A DNA stretch of 64,000 nt from Amoebophrya sp. A120. Its lineage: Eukaryota > Protista > Dinoflagellata. The translations under genes and the position numbers were made by a program. Where the stretch lies: NCBI GenBank assembly GCA_905178155.1, contig CAJINV010000008.1:3460013-3524012 (forward strand), written 5' to 3'. The notes beneath the pieces are model-generated. The model ran no database searches, had not been told where the DNA came from, and worked only from the letters and a program-made list of their open reading frames with translations. Numbering within the stretch: the stretch's first letter is position 1; every line of letters begins with the position of its first letter. Below, piece after piece: positions 26,201-38,611 of this stretch.

Positions 26201-27329
26201 AGCAGGGAGAAACGAAAGCAGATCAGCAACCTTCTTGTTCCGGAGCTAGTACAACAACTACGTCATACCCAAGTACTAGCAGTGGAGTACGAGAAAATGA
26301 GTCTCTTCTTCTTCAGCAAAAAGAGGCTCTACTTCTCGAGCAAGCGTCGCACTGGTCGTCCTGTGGGGGGTCTAGCGCAACAACGGTGGAAACGTACCAT
26401 ATTTCCTTACAACCTGCTCAGGTGTTTTAGCAATCTCAACTGGTCATGCAATAAAGAACCTTAGCTCGCTGCTGTATGGGGTCGCGCATGAACAGCATGA
26501 ATGAACAACATACAGAGATAGATTTGCGCTTGTCGCATCAATGCAAGTTTCGCCGGATTCTGTTCGGGTTCGGCACACCAGAACTTGTCATGCGCATTCC
26601 TGTCAGAGTACGTAGGCGTAGGCCAAATCCGGCGCACTGACTTTTTTTGCATCTTCGAATCGCCGGCATTCTTGGAACATCTGAGCCACCTATACTCCTC
26701 CCCCAGCGTTTTACCCCTGGCGGGCATCTGGCTACTCTGTGCCGAGGACCGAGGCGGCGCGCGGGTATCAAGATGAAAAATCTTTCCCCTCCCCCTATTC
26801 GAAACAAAAATGCTGATGCTGGATTTGAGTACTTACACAAATAATTCCAGTCTTGCACTAAGGGACCGCAGCCAGAGGCCCGGCTTCCTTGCTTGCGAGC
26901 ATTAGGGTCTGGCTTTTCAGCATGGCAAACGCCTGCCCCGTAGGACCAGCATCATGAAAAATCGCTTCTTTCATGCGGCGCGCATCTTCTCTGCCCTTGC
27001 CTTCTTGCACGACAAAGCTGATCGGTGGTCACAAATCTGCGACACATGTTGCCGTTTTGAGTTGTATGGGAAGGGGGGACTTTTCCTCGCAATATCGGAA
27101 AATCGCGGACCACTTGCAAAAGCTCGACATCTCGGACGACGGAAAGTTTCTCACAGACGGGACCGGCTACATGCAGAGAGTGCAGGTGATCTCTGACACA
27201 AGTCTGATCTGGGAGGATCGTGAACTTTGGCTGGACGCGGCGAACGCCAATTTTCTCTACCGCCAGTCGGCCTCCCGAGCTGCGCCGCTGAAATATTGCC
27301 GGTTTTTTAAGAAGCAGGGCATAAGGTAA
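23285..27329 (+). CDS. Novel membrane protein, paralog 2
   Basis: Exons in ORFs 23285, 24409, 25081, 26585 and 26973; homologous to 18174-22114. First junction (~24355-24500) is uncertain. Confidence 0.65.
24763..25078. mobile_element. Introner, family D
   Basis: About 50-bp TIR, TSD ACATG (24758-24762, 25079-25083); WGDM|RTIH in frame. Confidence 0.93.
26400..26620. mobile_element. Highly decayed introner-like intron
   Basis: Flanks TACCA/GGCCA, TGTCATGC motif, frame restored; TIR barely visible. Confidence 0.35.
26766..27094. mobile_element. Introner, family B
   Basis: TAT...ATA ends, flanks GCGGG/TCGGA, interior similar to 9125-9477; GAR|KIADH in frame. Confidence 0.85.
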
Positions 27330-28179
27330 TACGTAAGTGCCTGTGCGGTTTTTTTTCAAATGAGTAGTCACTGACTTAAGTAGGAACAAACAGTAATTTT
27401 TTTCAGTATGTAATAGAACCAATCAACGACGTCGATGAATGCGAAAACAAAAAACAAGTTGTGCAAAACACTAGTTTCGTAAACAGCATGAAGTTTCCGG
27501 GAAAATACATGAGGATATAGTATAAAGTGCACCACTTTTAATTATGCATTTGTTTCAGAGACAGACACTTTCTTTCGTTAGCATCAGACGCGACCTAGCG
27601 TCGACCTTCACGGGATAGCGATATTGATAAACATGACCAACGGGTCATCGAACCTCTTTCTCGACTTACTCGCTGCCTCGCGGCTCGTTTCATTGCAGTT
27701 TCGAAAATTGATAATTCTTCGTGACACTCTATCTGCTCGTGCTCGTCACTTGTAAAGCTCGTTTGTAGCACAGCCGAGAAGTATTACTGGAAGATGGAGG
27801 AAGGTGTTCGATTTTGAGGAAGTTTTAGATGGATCACGTTATTCATTCATTCTGCGGAGGAGCTGCACTCACACCGGTGCAATTCCTCCCGTCTCGTTTA
27901 TTATCTCGTAACGTAAGTATTTTGTATATTTGCGAAAATAAAAGAAAAAGTTTCTCTAAGCGACACGGTGTACTCGTCTTGGTACTGTTGACGAGCGACG
28001 GTCTGGTCAAATGCATGGTACAGACGATAGAAGTACTTGCAGTTCAATATAATTTCGTAGCGAAGAAGGAACTCGTCACTTGGGCCTGTTGAACAATAAA
28101 CTTGCAAATAATTAGAAGTGATCTAATTTCGAACGAGTTACATGTCAGTCTGATAGATTCACCATTTTCATCGACAGAG

Positions 28180-31100
28180 ATGTCGTTTTTCCACCCTACT
28201 TCTAACGGTTTGGGGCAGCAACACAAATACACCTCACCCCGTTCGATGTTGCAACTAGCACCAGGACTAGCACCAGCTGCGCCCACGGGTACGGCAGCAC
28301 CGGGTACGACAGCCGCTGTGCATCAGCCCGCTGCTGCCAGCTCCGCCAGGTTCGCGCTTCCAAACGGGAGTCCTGCGCTAGGAAGTAGTACGTCGCAACT
28401 GGTGAAGAGCTCGTACGCGCCGGCGAGTCTTCAGCAGCACTCAACCCCGGTGCCAAATTTTGTGCAGCAGGCTTCGCATCAGCCGATAGCCATGAATCCG
28501 CAGCTGGTGCAGCAATTCCTGGAGAATCCGGGCCAACCGCCAACCGCCGCTGCAGGAGGGACTGCTGGTGTGCCAACTGCGGCCGTCAAATTCAGCTACC
28601 GAAACCATGTTGCTGGTGCGGCGCCTGGTAGCGGGTTTGTGGTTCTTCCAGGTGCGTGTAGTTCAGGAGCTGACTCTGCGGCAATTATCCCTGCAGACGG
28701 CAGCCGACACCAGCCGGCGCGAATCACGCGGAGTGCATCCAGCAAGACAAGTATTTGTGTGTAGGATTCTGGAAGGCACAGCATGCGCCGTGAGTCAACA
28801 TTGCGTGTCTTTGGCTTTGACATTCATGAGACATGACTAATTTTGTGCAAACTTTTATTCTCATCTCAAAGTCTGACCGGTTCCTGTTTTCGTGCAAAAT
28901 TCATTTGCATGCAAAATCAAAAACAGATTTTATTCCCTAGGCGCTTGAAGGAGCAGGTAAAACCAAATTTCTGTTATTTCAGGTGGGAAAGAATATCGAA
29001 CTCGAAACATGACAAAAAAAAGCACATCCACCAAAACCTGCAGGCTCGACGTCGCAAGAGCCTCGGCACGCGCTAACGTCGGGCCGCAGCTCCGCTGGAA
29101 ATGCCAACGCGAGCACAGGAGCAACGGCGTCGCCAGCGAAGAAGATGAAACAAAAGCAGAGCTCACCTTTGAAGACGAAGAGTCAGAAGCACAGCGGAGG
29201 GAAGATGATCAATGTAGGCGAAGATGAGAAAAGAGAACACGAGGATGATGTGCAACATGTTGCCCCACCGGGAACTACTGGTAATCGAATACAACTACCT
29301 CCCCGTAGTTCCCCTGCTGGAGTAGAAAGGGGCGGCGCGGTTCCAGTTTCCGGGCCAGCAGCACGACTCGGGGGCAGCACCATAGGTAGTTCAAGCTCAG
29401 CGTCCACCTCGTCCGCGCAGCAGCAGAATCTGAGCACCCGTCCGCGACGCCCGCCCGTGCGTCGGAACAGCGTCCCCGGACGCCCGACCGCGGAACAGGC
29501 ACAGCTGCTGGTGGCGGGAAACGCGGGCGGAGCGGCGTTTGCAGTGCACCAGCCGATGCAGCCGCAGCACGCACCGCAAGGAGGTGAAGATGAACCCAGT
29601 AACGCCTCTGCTGGTCCACGAGCAGGAGCGCCGTTGCTGTTATACCACCAGCAGCAAAATTCGAACGCGTTCGTGCCCGCCGCTCGCACGACCGGTATCG
29701 TGGGTCACAATCTTAATCTTGGAGCTGGTCCCGGTCAATTACACCAGCTGCACAGCGGACAGGCTTCCTCTGCTGTGGCACCAGGTCAACGTACTTCTTC
29801 CACAGTGCTTGCAGGAGGGGGACCAACGTCTTCGAGCAGCAGTCGGGGAGATTACAGTGTGAACAACGGTAGTGGTGGTCGTGGGGCTGGGGCGGGGGCC
29901 GCGTCGAATATCACGTCGGCACCTTCTGGTACAAATTTTGGAGCAGGAGGTTCTTATATGAGTGGTCATAACTTTCAATACAATCAGTACCAGCACCTGG
30001 CGCCGATGGGACCGCTCCCTCGCCGCTCGGAGAGCAAGCCCGAGCACGTTGTCAGCTTGGAGGAGCACGAGCCGGAAGTGTATGATTTCCGACAGTCCAC
30101 GGGCCGCATCGTGAACAAAACGAACCGAATGCAAAACGACAAAGATGGTGAACCTCGTAGCAGCGACAGTTCCGCAGTGAAGCGCTTCTCCTCCGCGCAG
30201 CCCGCCGTAAGAACGGGGGGAAGCAAGATGAATCGGCATAGCAAGACACCGTACAACTGTGGAGGTACAAGTGTTCTTACAACCGTTCTTACGACGAGCA
30301 GCAGCAGCGGCCGCGGCATGGATCAAGCTGCACTAGGAAATAACGGGTCTGCGCTGATGCCCAGCATGTCTACCCAAGGAGTAAATACTGTAATGTGCTC
30401 CTCTCTGTCCCCTACCACACGACGCACCAGCGACTTCAAAGACTCTGCCATGCTGCACAGTAACCGCGCCAAGAACCACAACTCGTCTACAACTCCGAAC
30501 GGCCAACAGGTACAGCATGCGGGCGGAGGACCAGCGAGCAGCACCAGCAAGACCAATTCGAAATCCAGTGCCAGCCCTGGCGCAGCAGGCGCTACGCGTA
30601 GCTCATCTTCGAGTGGCGCTTCCGCAGCGGCGAGTCACGGAAAGAACCAGAAGGGTGCAAATGCGAACGCGTCGGCGAAGGAGCAAGGGGAGCAGCAGCG
30701 TCAACACAGCAGCGGCTTTTATGTGAACGAAAAAGAGCGAAAGCTTGAGAACGCGCTGCTAAATAAGGAAACGCAGCGGCGGCAGGAGAGGGAGATTGCA
30801 CACCAAAGAATCAACACGCTGCAAATGGAAAACGAAGTCCTGAAGGAAAAACTAGACTGGTACGAGAAAAATTTGCCTCCAGAATACCACCACTTAACAG
30901 CTCAGGTAGCAGCTGTGAGTCAAGTAGGGGATGAGGCTTATTTTCAAGAAGCAGGAGACCACGACCGGCACCAGATCTTGAGCTCAGATTACCAAGGCGG
31001 TGTCTCGTCGCAAGGTGGTTCTGGTTCAGCGCCGTCTTCGAACCAACGGGAGAAGCCTCGGCCCCCGGTGTATCAGGTGTTGAATACCGGTCGGGGCGGC

Positions 31101-33415
31101 AGCGTCGAGCAGAATCAGACACACTCCGCGTCATCTGTACCGTCGAAGAGCAGTAGCAATTCGTCCAGCTCGATGCAACTCCGACCCGCGGAGCAGCGGC
31201 TGCAGGCTGAGTTGCAAGAAGCGTACGGGCAGATTAAGGACTTGGAAGAGAAGTTGCTCATCCAGGCCCGCGAACTGACGATAAAACAGAAGGACTTGGA
31301 GGATCTGCAAGGGAACGTCGCACTGCGGGAGCACCAATCGAGTCAACAGCAGGTAAGAAAAAATCCAGGTGCAGAAGTAGACCACCGAGCTCCATCTTCG
31401 CAAATAAAGCTGTCGAACCAGCTTCGGTTGTTGCAGCGAAAGGTGCAGGTGATGCGCAAGAGCCACGAGCTCTTCAAGGAGGAGATGGTACTGGTGCTGG
31501 CCCAGTTGAAGCCACGACTGAGCATGGCCGCAAGTGGGGTCTCCTCTTCGTCCTCTTCTAGAGGTACTCGAAATACTAGTGCCAACAACATGAACCACGC
31601 AATGGTGACTATGGACCCCGTGGCGAAGTTGGCGCACTTGCTGCAGGACTACCGTCGGCGCTTGCTGAAGGAGCAGAAGGATCGGCGGCGGTTGCACAAT
31701 CTCGTGCAGGAGTTGCGGGGCAATATCCGCGTGTTCTGCCGCGTGCGCCCGTTTCTAGAGTCCGACAGGACCACGCCGGGGACAGTCGGAATAAACGGTG
31801 GCTCTTCATCTTGGCAAGCGACCACGACCATCAATGCGGGTGCTGGCTCTACTTATGCGAGTTCGACGTCTTCGGTGCTCTCCGCCCGCAGCGGCGGTGC
31901 GAACGCCGGCGCGAACTCCAGTATCTACTTGCCCGAGGACTCCATTGACGAGATTCAGCTCTACAACGACTACACACTCACCACGAAAACGTGGCAGTTT
32001 GACCGCGTGTTCAAACCGCAAACGTCCAACGAAGAGGTTTTTGACAACGGTGTTCGAGATCTGGTCACCTCCTGCCTCGACGGCTTCAACATCTGCATTT
32101 TCGCCTACGGACCCACGGGGTCGGGGAAAACGTACTCGATGGCAGGCACGAAGCAGGATCCCGGGATATTCCTGCGCAGCTTCCAGCAGCTCTTCGCCGA
32201 AATTGAGGCGAGGAAGCCGCCGAAGGGAAATTGGAAGTACTGATCAGATAGTGCTTTTTCGCTACAACGCGTACTCCTTTTCCAGCAATTACAATTTGTT
32301 ATCATCTCAGCTGCACGACCCGATTGGATCCTGAGAATCCTACATGCGTTTTGTTTCATATCCTGTATGTAACCTTTTGTGACAAAAGTTTTTGTGCGGT
32401 TCCGCTACTTTTTGTTTTGCAACAAATGATGCGAAAAAATCTTCAAGCTACGGAGGTGTAGTGTTTCTTTGAAACGTGCGTCTGCGGATTGGCTCCCACA
32501 GCCGAAGGGGGCAGAAGAGTGGTCGCAATTTCATCATTCACGCAAAACTTAAACTACAGATATCGGGTGAGCGTGGGCATTTTGGAAGTGTACAATGAGG
32601 AGCTGCGCGACTTGTTGTGCGACAACCCGGCCGACCGCAAGCGGTCCATCAAGATCGATACGTCCTCCGTGTCGAGTGGTGCGGGTCCCTCCTCATCGCA
32701 GCAGCAGCAAACCATGGTGCCGAACCTGACCACGTACGAACTGTCGAACATGCAGGAGGTGTCCCAGGTGCTGGAGATTGGGGAGCAGCAGCGCAAGACG
32801 GGCTGCACCAATCTGAACGAACACTCGTCGCGGTCGCACTACGTCATCCAGGTCTTCGTCGAGGGTTGGGACGTGCTGGCTGGCGGTGTGGAGAAGCAAG
32901 AATTGTTGAAAACTTCTAACACGGGGGCACCATCGTTCACAGCCTCGAGCAGCTCTTCGAACAACCAACGAGCAGCGAACAATGCGCCGTCCAACAGCAA
33001 AGGAACTACCTCTGGTGGTTTATCAACAACCGCCGGCGGGGCGTATTATAACAAGAAGTCGTATTTTTTGTCGAAAATGTGTCTGATCGATTTGGCCGGC
33101 AGCGAGCGGCTGAGCAAGTCCGGCGCCACCGGCGCGCTGCAAAAGGAGACTAAGCTAATCAATAAGTCACTCTCCGCCTTGGGCGACGTTATCTCCGCGC
33201 GGCTGCTGAAAAACACCCACATTCCCTTCCGCAACTCGACACTGACCTACCTGCTGCAAAACTGCCTGTCGGGCGACGCCAAGACCCTGATGCTGCTCCA
33301 GGTGTCCCCCGCGGATGTCGCGGAAACGGCCTGCTCCCTCGCGTTTGGCGCCCGGGTCAACGCGGTGGAAAATAACCATCAGGTCGTGGCGGGAGCGCCG
33401 GCGGTAGACAGATAA
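28180..33415 (+). CDS. Kinesin-14 family C-terminal motor protein (KIFC-like)
   Basis: Coiled coil, then ELRGNIRVFCRVRP, FDRVF, P-loop GPTGSGKT, NEHSSRSH, DLAGSER, INKSL, HIPFRNS. GT-AG intron at 32237-32559. The 5' exon structure (28180-29145) is uncertain. Confidence 0.9.
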
Positions 33416-34326
33416 ATCCTACTTTAGGATAAACCCTTTTGGAGATTTCAACCTTGCCGTGTTTGCGAATAAGGAATCGGATGCTGCTGCACCGTGAGGC
33501 CTCGATTAATATGTTGCGAGGAAGCACAACTTTTCACACTCGATTTGGAGGAAGATCGTATTCTGTTTAGATGAAGACCACTCGTCTATTTGTTCACCCG
33601 TGAGAAATGCTTACCGTGCAGCTCCAGGCAGTGCGAAGGATGAAATTACAGATGGATCCGAATGTAAGTTGAAAAATGACGATCTCAAGGACTCATATGG
33701 ATCATGTGGAAGACGCATAAGAGCGCGATCACGGCGGTTTTTATGGAGCGGTCAGCAGCGTACACGTACTTCTCAGGTCATGGCTCTTGACCTGCGAATG
33801 CGATCGAAATGTTGATCGAGCTTTTGTCAGCGGCACGACAAACGTGAGGAGGTCCTAGATCCTAGAAAGATCCCAAACTCTTCTCTCGTACACGATCGCA
33901 TTCTTTCATAATTTCTCGTGCTGGGTTCGCGTGATAACGTGCACCCTACTTTTATCGCACGTCATTGTCTACTACTACGCTTCTGTGCTCAAAAAGGTGA
34001 TACCTAAATGCCAACCATCAATAACAAATGACAGCGGCACCTTCAGATTGAGCTAGAGATTTACATTTCCGATATAGAAAGAAAATCATGACTCAGCTTC
34101 GACTTTGTAGTCGTGTACGTAGATGGACGCAGTTTCATCTACTTTTGTAGTCGTGTAAAGTTGAAGACGAAAATTTCAATCCCCATAATGCGCTTGCCAC
34201 GGTCCCCAGTGGTCCCCAGTTGTAGTCCCGCAGCGCCGTTTCCTGTCCACGTCCCACAAGGCCACGTGCTGCTTAGCTTGAAATAGGAGAAACGCCAAGC
34301 GGGGAGCGCGTTGTGGAAGAAAAGTC

Positions 34327-37300
34327 GTGGAGCTCTACCATTGCACACCAGATAAAATGCAGAGCAGAATGAACAACAACCGGGCACCACTACACGCCCG
34401 CAACCATGCGGCACAGGAACCGTCCTGGCCGCCACGGTATTCGACTGTCGGCGCCTTTCCCAGCGGGACGACGAGTGAAAGTTTACGCGCACCAAGTGCA
34501 GGCGGTGGCGGAGGCGGGAGAGCAGTAAATGCAGCGACTTCATCTGAAAACTCTGCAGCGGCGGCGTATCCGAGCAGCACGAACTTCGGAAACTATGCCT
34601 CAAATGCTGGCGCACTCGCACCTGAACATCAAGAGAATTTCCAGTGGCCCGACTTCCATACCTTGACACGGCTTCCGAACAAGCAGGCCTCGCCTCACCA
34701 AACAGCAGGTATGAACCAGCAGCTGTTTGTAGACGATATTTCGTCGCGAGGAGCATCAGCGACCGTGCAAGCAGGCATCCCGACTGCTGGGGGGCGTCAG
34801 CCCTATCAATCTTTGCACAGAGCAGGGGCAAATGTAACCCAGCCAAACCCGCAAAAGCGAGACGTGAAACATGTTCTCGCAGCCGCAGCGGCTTCGTTCT
34901 TGGAAACATCATTCCGGGACAGAAACTGTTCAGATGCAACTAACAGTGCTGCTGGTTGCTTTGTCCATTCGAGCCCGAGCAATTATCACGTGGATGGCAG
35001 CGAGCAAGCACAGGCGGGCGTCCTCAACAATTGTAGAGATGGCGCGGGGATGCAGAACTACGAATTTAACCAGGTCCAGAATGTTGTAAACCAACACGGC
35101 CAGCAACTGGATACACCTATGTTCGATCAAAGAGTGTCGACGTGTTCCCGGAATGTACAAGCGGTTTCCGCTATGGCACAGGGTACTAGTTCTGAGCTGA
35201 TGCGGACGAGACCCGAAGCACAATTTCCGCAGGCACACTTGCCTTTGCCGCAGGAGCAAAGCTTGGGCAACCCCCGGCGCAGTGGATTTACAAGCGACTT
35301 CGACATGCTCCGTCGAAGAGAAGATACCAATCCGGACCATATGTTTTTACCGGAGGTTACGAAAAGACATGAAATGCACCGACGGACCCCGAGCGGTCGG
35401 GACAATATTTTTAATGCTGACGATCGTCTAGTGCAAACAAATATCACGGCGAAAAAAGACGACAGATCTCGGTCTCCTGACCCTGGCCGCACGTCTGCTC
35501 GGAATTATCGTCGAGGAAGTAGAAGTCCGCACCGAAGCGGCGGGCGACATGGTCGAGGAAGAACGCCACGGAGCAGATTTATTCGGCGGGGTAGCCGACG
35601 GCACCAGAACAACAGCCGCAGCCGCTCGCGACGTAAACAGAGGCGGGACTCGCGGCGGGGGGGCGAAAGAACACCGTCTACAAGGAAGCCGCAACGCGAC
35701 CGGCGGCGAGGCGACTCTCGGTCTGGGCGTGTCCTCGCCAAGGATCCTCGCAGAGATCATGATGCAGTTGACCGGCGAGGAGCGCGAGGATCTTCCAGAT
35801 CGCCCCTGCATCGATCTCACCGAAACGACCGGACTCCCGGTTCGCAACACTGGCGAGGACGGCATGAAGCAGAGGAACACGACCGGAAGCGCCGCCGCGA
35901 GAGCAGGTGCACCATCAGAGCGGGCCGGCCGGGGGACGACGGAGGTGAAGTACGAAGGAGAGCGGTAGTGTCACATTCGTCGATGTCTGCTCGTCAACGA
36001 GCACACGTCGCCTCCGATCACGAAATGAAACGCAGCGAGCCTTTGGAAGAAGTACCACGAAGGGCGGAGGACTACCACCACGGCGAGAAGAGTTCTGCAA
36101 GTTCTGGTTTCGTCACGAACAATAATGCAACTACCCGAAATCATCATCATGTTGAAAGGAACCCAAACTTGATTCCGCTCGGGAGCAGGAAAAAGGACGC
36201 TGGAGAAGGCCAAGAAGTACAGCCAGTAGATAGCAGCAACGCGACGCTCGGCTCCACCAGGCCTGCACCAGATGTGTCGTGCAAAGAGCGAACAAACGGA
36301 GCACCGACTGAGGATGAACAAGACTGGCAAACCAGCCGGCCCCAGCACTTCGGAGGGGGGAAGGAAAACCATAGTGGCGCAGCAACCACGACATCGGCCC
36401 AAGCACAACGAGATGAAACTCAGCGGCCGACTTCAGCTGTCTCGGCGGAAACGAAGAATCCCAATCTCATTCCACTCGGCAAGAAGCCAAGGCGCCCGCT
36501 TTCCTCCGCGGAAGAAACACAGAATCCCAATCTCATTCCACTCGGCAAGAAGACAATCAACTGCCCAGGAGCTCAGGATCATCTCTTGGGAAAGGACAGA
36601 GAGGCGCAGGGCGGGGGTGTGGGTCCTACTTCTATAGGCGCAGCTTCTACCGCGTCAAAACTAACAAAAAGACCCGAAGCAGCACTATCCGCGACGACGC
36701 GGCGGCCAGCGACGACCGCAGCGAAAAAACACAAAGCTGCAGTTGCAGTGCCGAAAGTTGCAAAGGACATGACGAAATCGAAACAGAAACAAGAAAAAGA
36801 GGGGAGCCAGAAGATGAATCAATCTCTTCTCGGGGCTCCTTCTACCTGTTGTACCACCTCCGCCCCTTCCAAGCCGCAGAAAGCCAACCCCTCTGCTCGT
36901 AATGCTTCTGCCGATAAGATTTTTGTCCAGAGCTCGAAAACTACGGCAACTACGAAGAACGCATCAAAGACGAAGAGTACAACTGCAGCTGTTCCAGGAG
37001 CAGGTATAGCTAAGGCTGTAGCCCCGGCAAAAGATAATTGCAGTGGTGTAGCACCATCTTCATCATCATCTTCCGACGTCGAAGCCGGTGGGGAAGATTC
37101 TTCTTCAGAGGACAGTAAAGTCGAGTCCTCTTCGGGTGAGACGATTGTCAGCTCCTCGGAGGAAGAACAGGACCAGCGAAAGAACATCGGTGTAGGCGTG
37201 GGCACAGGGGCCGCCTCCTCGGCGTCTGCTGGGCGTCAAACTGGTGCAGCTGGTGCAGGAGCCGCGAAGGTGGTCAATACTAGCAACAAGCGACAGAATT

Positions 37301-37971
37301 GTGCTAGTAAAGCTACTACTTCGAAGATGAAGATGAGCAAGCAAGCGAATTTGCGAGGGTCATCAACATCCTCCACCTCCTCCTCCACCTCGGACGAAGA
37401 AGACGAATTTGCCTACAATGGTCGAACTTTTCAGCAGAAGAAGAAGACGGGTAAAATCGTGGAAATTGAGGAGGAAAATTTGAAGGAGGCGAACTACCGC
37501 GCTGTGACGAAGGGAGCGACTACACTTCCGTCAGCCACGGGAAATAGACAGAACGAAAATAACAAGACGAAAAAACAAAAAATGATCAAGACGGACCCGA
37601 AGAGCATGGACGAGGACACGGAGCATTATTACAAGGTGAACTGCAAAAAGTGCGGCTCGTGCGTGTGCGAGTTTTTCAACCGGCGCCGAACCGCGAAGGG
37701 GAAGCAGGTGGGGCGGAAAATGTTTCTTCAGTGGTGTCCGGGCTACGGGTCCACGTCCAAAACGCGAAACCCGCAGTGCCAACTCCCGGAAACCTGGACC
37801 AAGCAGAACGAAGTGGCGACCATGACCTTGATTTTGAAGCAGCACTGGCGGAGTGCGCACTACCGGGAGTGTTTGTCCAAAAAGGACTGGGAGGGGGAGG
37901 ACAACTGTTGGGAAATTGAGGAGGACGCGACTTGGCAGCGCCCGGGCCGTGGCGGAAAGAGAAATGGGTGA
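34327..37971 (+). CDS. Large low-complexity protein with RS/R-rich tract and C-terminal Cys/His-rich domain; first ATG 34357
   Basis: 1214-codon ORF; RSRS-rich region, three NPNLIPLG motifs, CKKC...C...C...HWRSAH at the C-terminus. Confidence 0.75.
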   Translation: MELYHCTPDKMQSRMNNNRAPLHARNHAAQEPSWPPRYSTVGAFPSGTTSESLRAPSAGGGGGGRAVNAATSSENSAAAAYPSSTNFGNYASNAGALAPEHQENFQWPDFHTLTRLPNKQASPHQTAGMNQQLFVDDISSRGASATVQAGIPTAGGRQPYQSLHRAGANVTQPNPQKRDVKHVLAAAAASFLETSFRDRNCSDATNSAAGCFVHSSPSNYHVDGSEQAQAGVLNNCRDGAGMQNYEFNQVQNVVNQHGQQLDTPMFDQRVSTCSRNVQAVSAMAQGTSSELMRTRPEAQFPQAHLPLPQEQSLGNPRRSGFTSDFDMLRRREDTNPDHMFLPEVTKRHEMHRRTPSGRDNIFNADDRLVQTNITAKKDDRSRSPDPGRTSARNYRRGSRSPHRSGGRHGRGRTPRSRFIRRGSRRHQNNSRSRSRRKQRRDSRRGGERTPSTRKPQRDRRRGDSRSGRVLAKDPRRDHDAVDRRGARGSSRSPLHRSHRNDRTPGSQHWRGRHEAEEHDRKRRRESRCTIRAGRPGDDGGEVRRRAVVSHSSMSARQRAHVASDHEMKRSEPLEEVPRRAEDYHHGEKSSASSGFVTNNNATTRNHHHVERNPNLIPLGSRKKDAGEGQEVQPVDSSNATLGSTRPAPDVSCKERTNGAPTEDEQDWQTSRPQHFGGGKENHSGAATTTSAQAQRDETQRPTSAVSAETKNPNLIPLGKKPRRPLSSAEETQNPNLIPLGKKTINCPGAQDHLLGKDREAQGGGVGPTSIGAASTASKLTKRPEAALSATTRRPATTAAKKHKAAVAVPKVAKDMTKSKQKQEKEGSQKMNQSLLGAPSTCCTTSAPSKPQKANPSARNASADKIFVQSSKTTATTKNASKTKSTTAAVPGAGIAKAVAPAKDNCSGVAPSSSSSSDVEAGGEDSSSEDSKVESSSGETIVSSSEEEQDQRKNIGVGVGTGAASSASAGRQTGAAGAGAAKVVNTSNKRQNCASKATTSKMKMSKQANLRGSSTSSTSSSTSDEEDEFAYNGRTFQQKKKTGKIVEIEEENLKEANYRAVTKGATTLPSATGNRQNENNKTKKQKMIKTDPKSMDEDTEHYYKVNCKKCGSCVCEFFNRRRTAKGKQVGRKMFLQWCPGYGSTSKTRNPQCQLPETWTKQNEVATMTLILKQHWRSAHYRECLSKKDWEGEDNCWEIEEDATWQRPGRGGKRNG

Positions 37972-38611
37972 AGTCTCGTTCGTCCTCAATTGTAGCGAAT
38001 TTTTATCCTGCTACAAGAACAAAACCTGGAAAAGGCTGCTGCGGCTAGGTTTCGAACACGACGGCCACGACGACCTGCTTGTGGATCATCATTTCTACAC
38101 TGTTCAACGATCACAGCTACTATTGATTCCCGAAAAATGATGAAAATCGATATCGAATGACAAAATAAAACTTAACTTCGAGCGACTCAGCGAATCCACT
38201 TTGAATTTGGCGCAGTATTAGATTTCAAATATATTTGCGATGCTGAAATTCCATTCATGGTTGGACAAAATAAGGCTGCAGGTGCTGGGCAGGTTCTCCT
38301 GCAGTGGCCTGACGTGTTCCCTCACATGTGACAGACGCCGTCCCATCGTTCAAAAAGTTGTCGTATGTCTCGCTGTCTACAGTGATACAGCACCATGCGA
38401 ACATGCTCATGGTCGTAAGAATTGTTGTGAAAGGCATTGCCCACCCTTTATTTTGATGTCGTAATTATCATTGTTATGGTGTAGCAAGACAAGCGGTAAA
38501 CGAGCGTATCCTAAGAGACTAAGTACTGCTTCTGCAACGAGTTTCATCTTGTTCCCGTTCACATACGACATCGTGCATTTTTTCATCTTGCCTTCATCTT
38601 GTTGTCCTCGT

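Noticed and set aside
34100-34220. Short duplications (TTTGTAGTCGTGTA x2, GGTCCCCAGT x2)
   Set aside because: Too short to assign function; likely local slippage.
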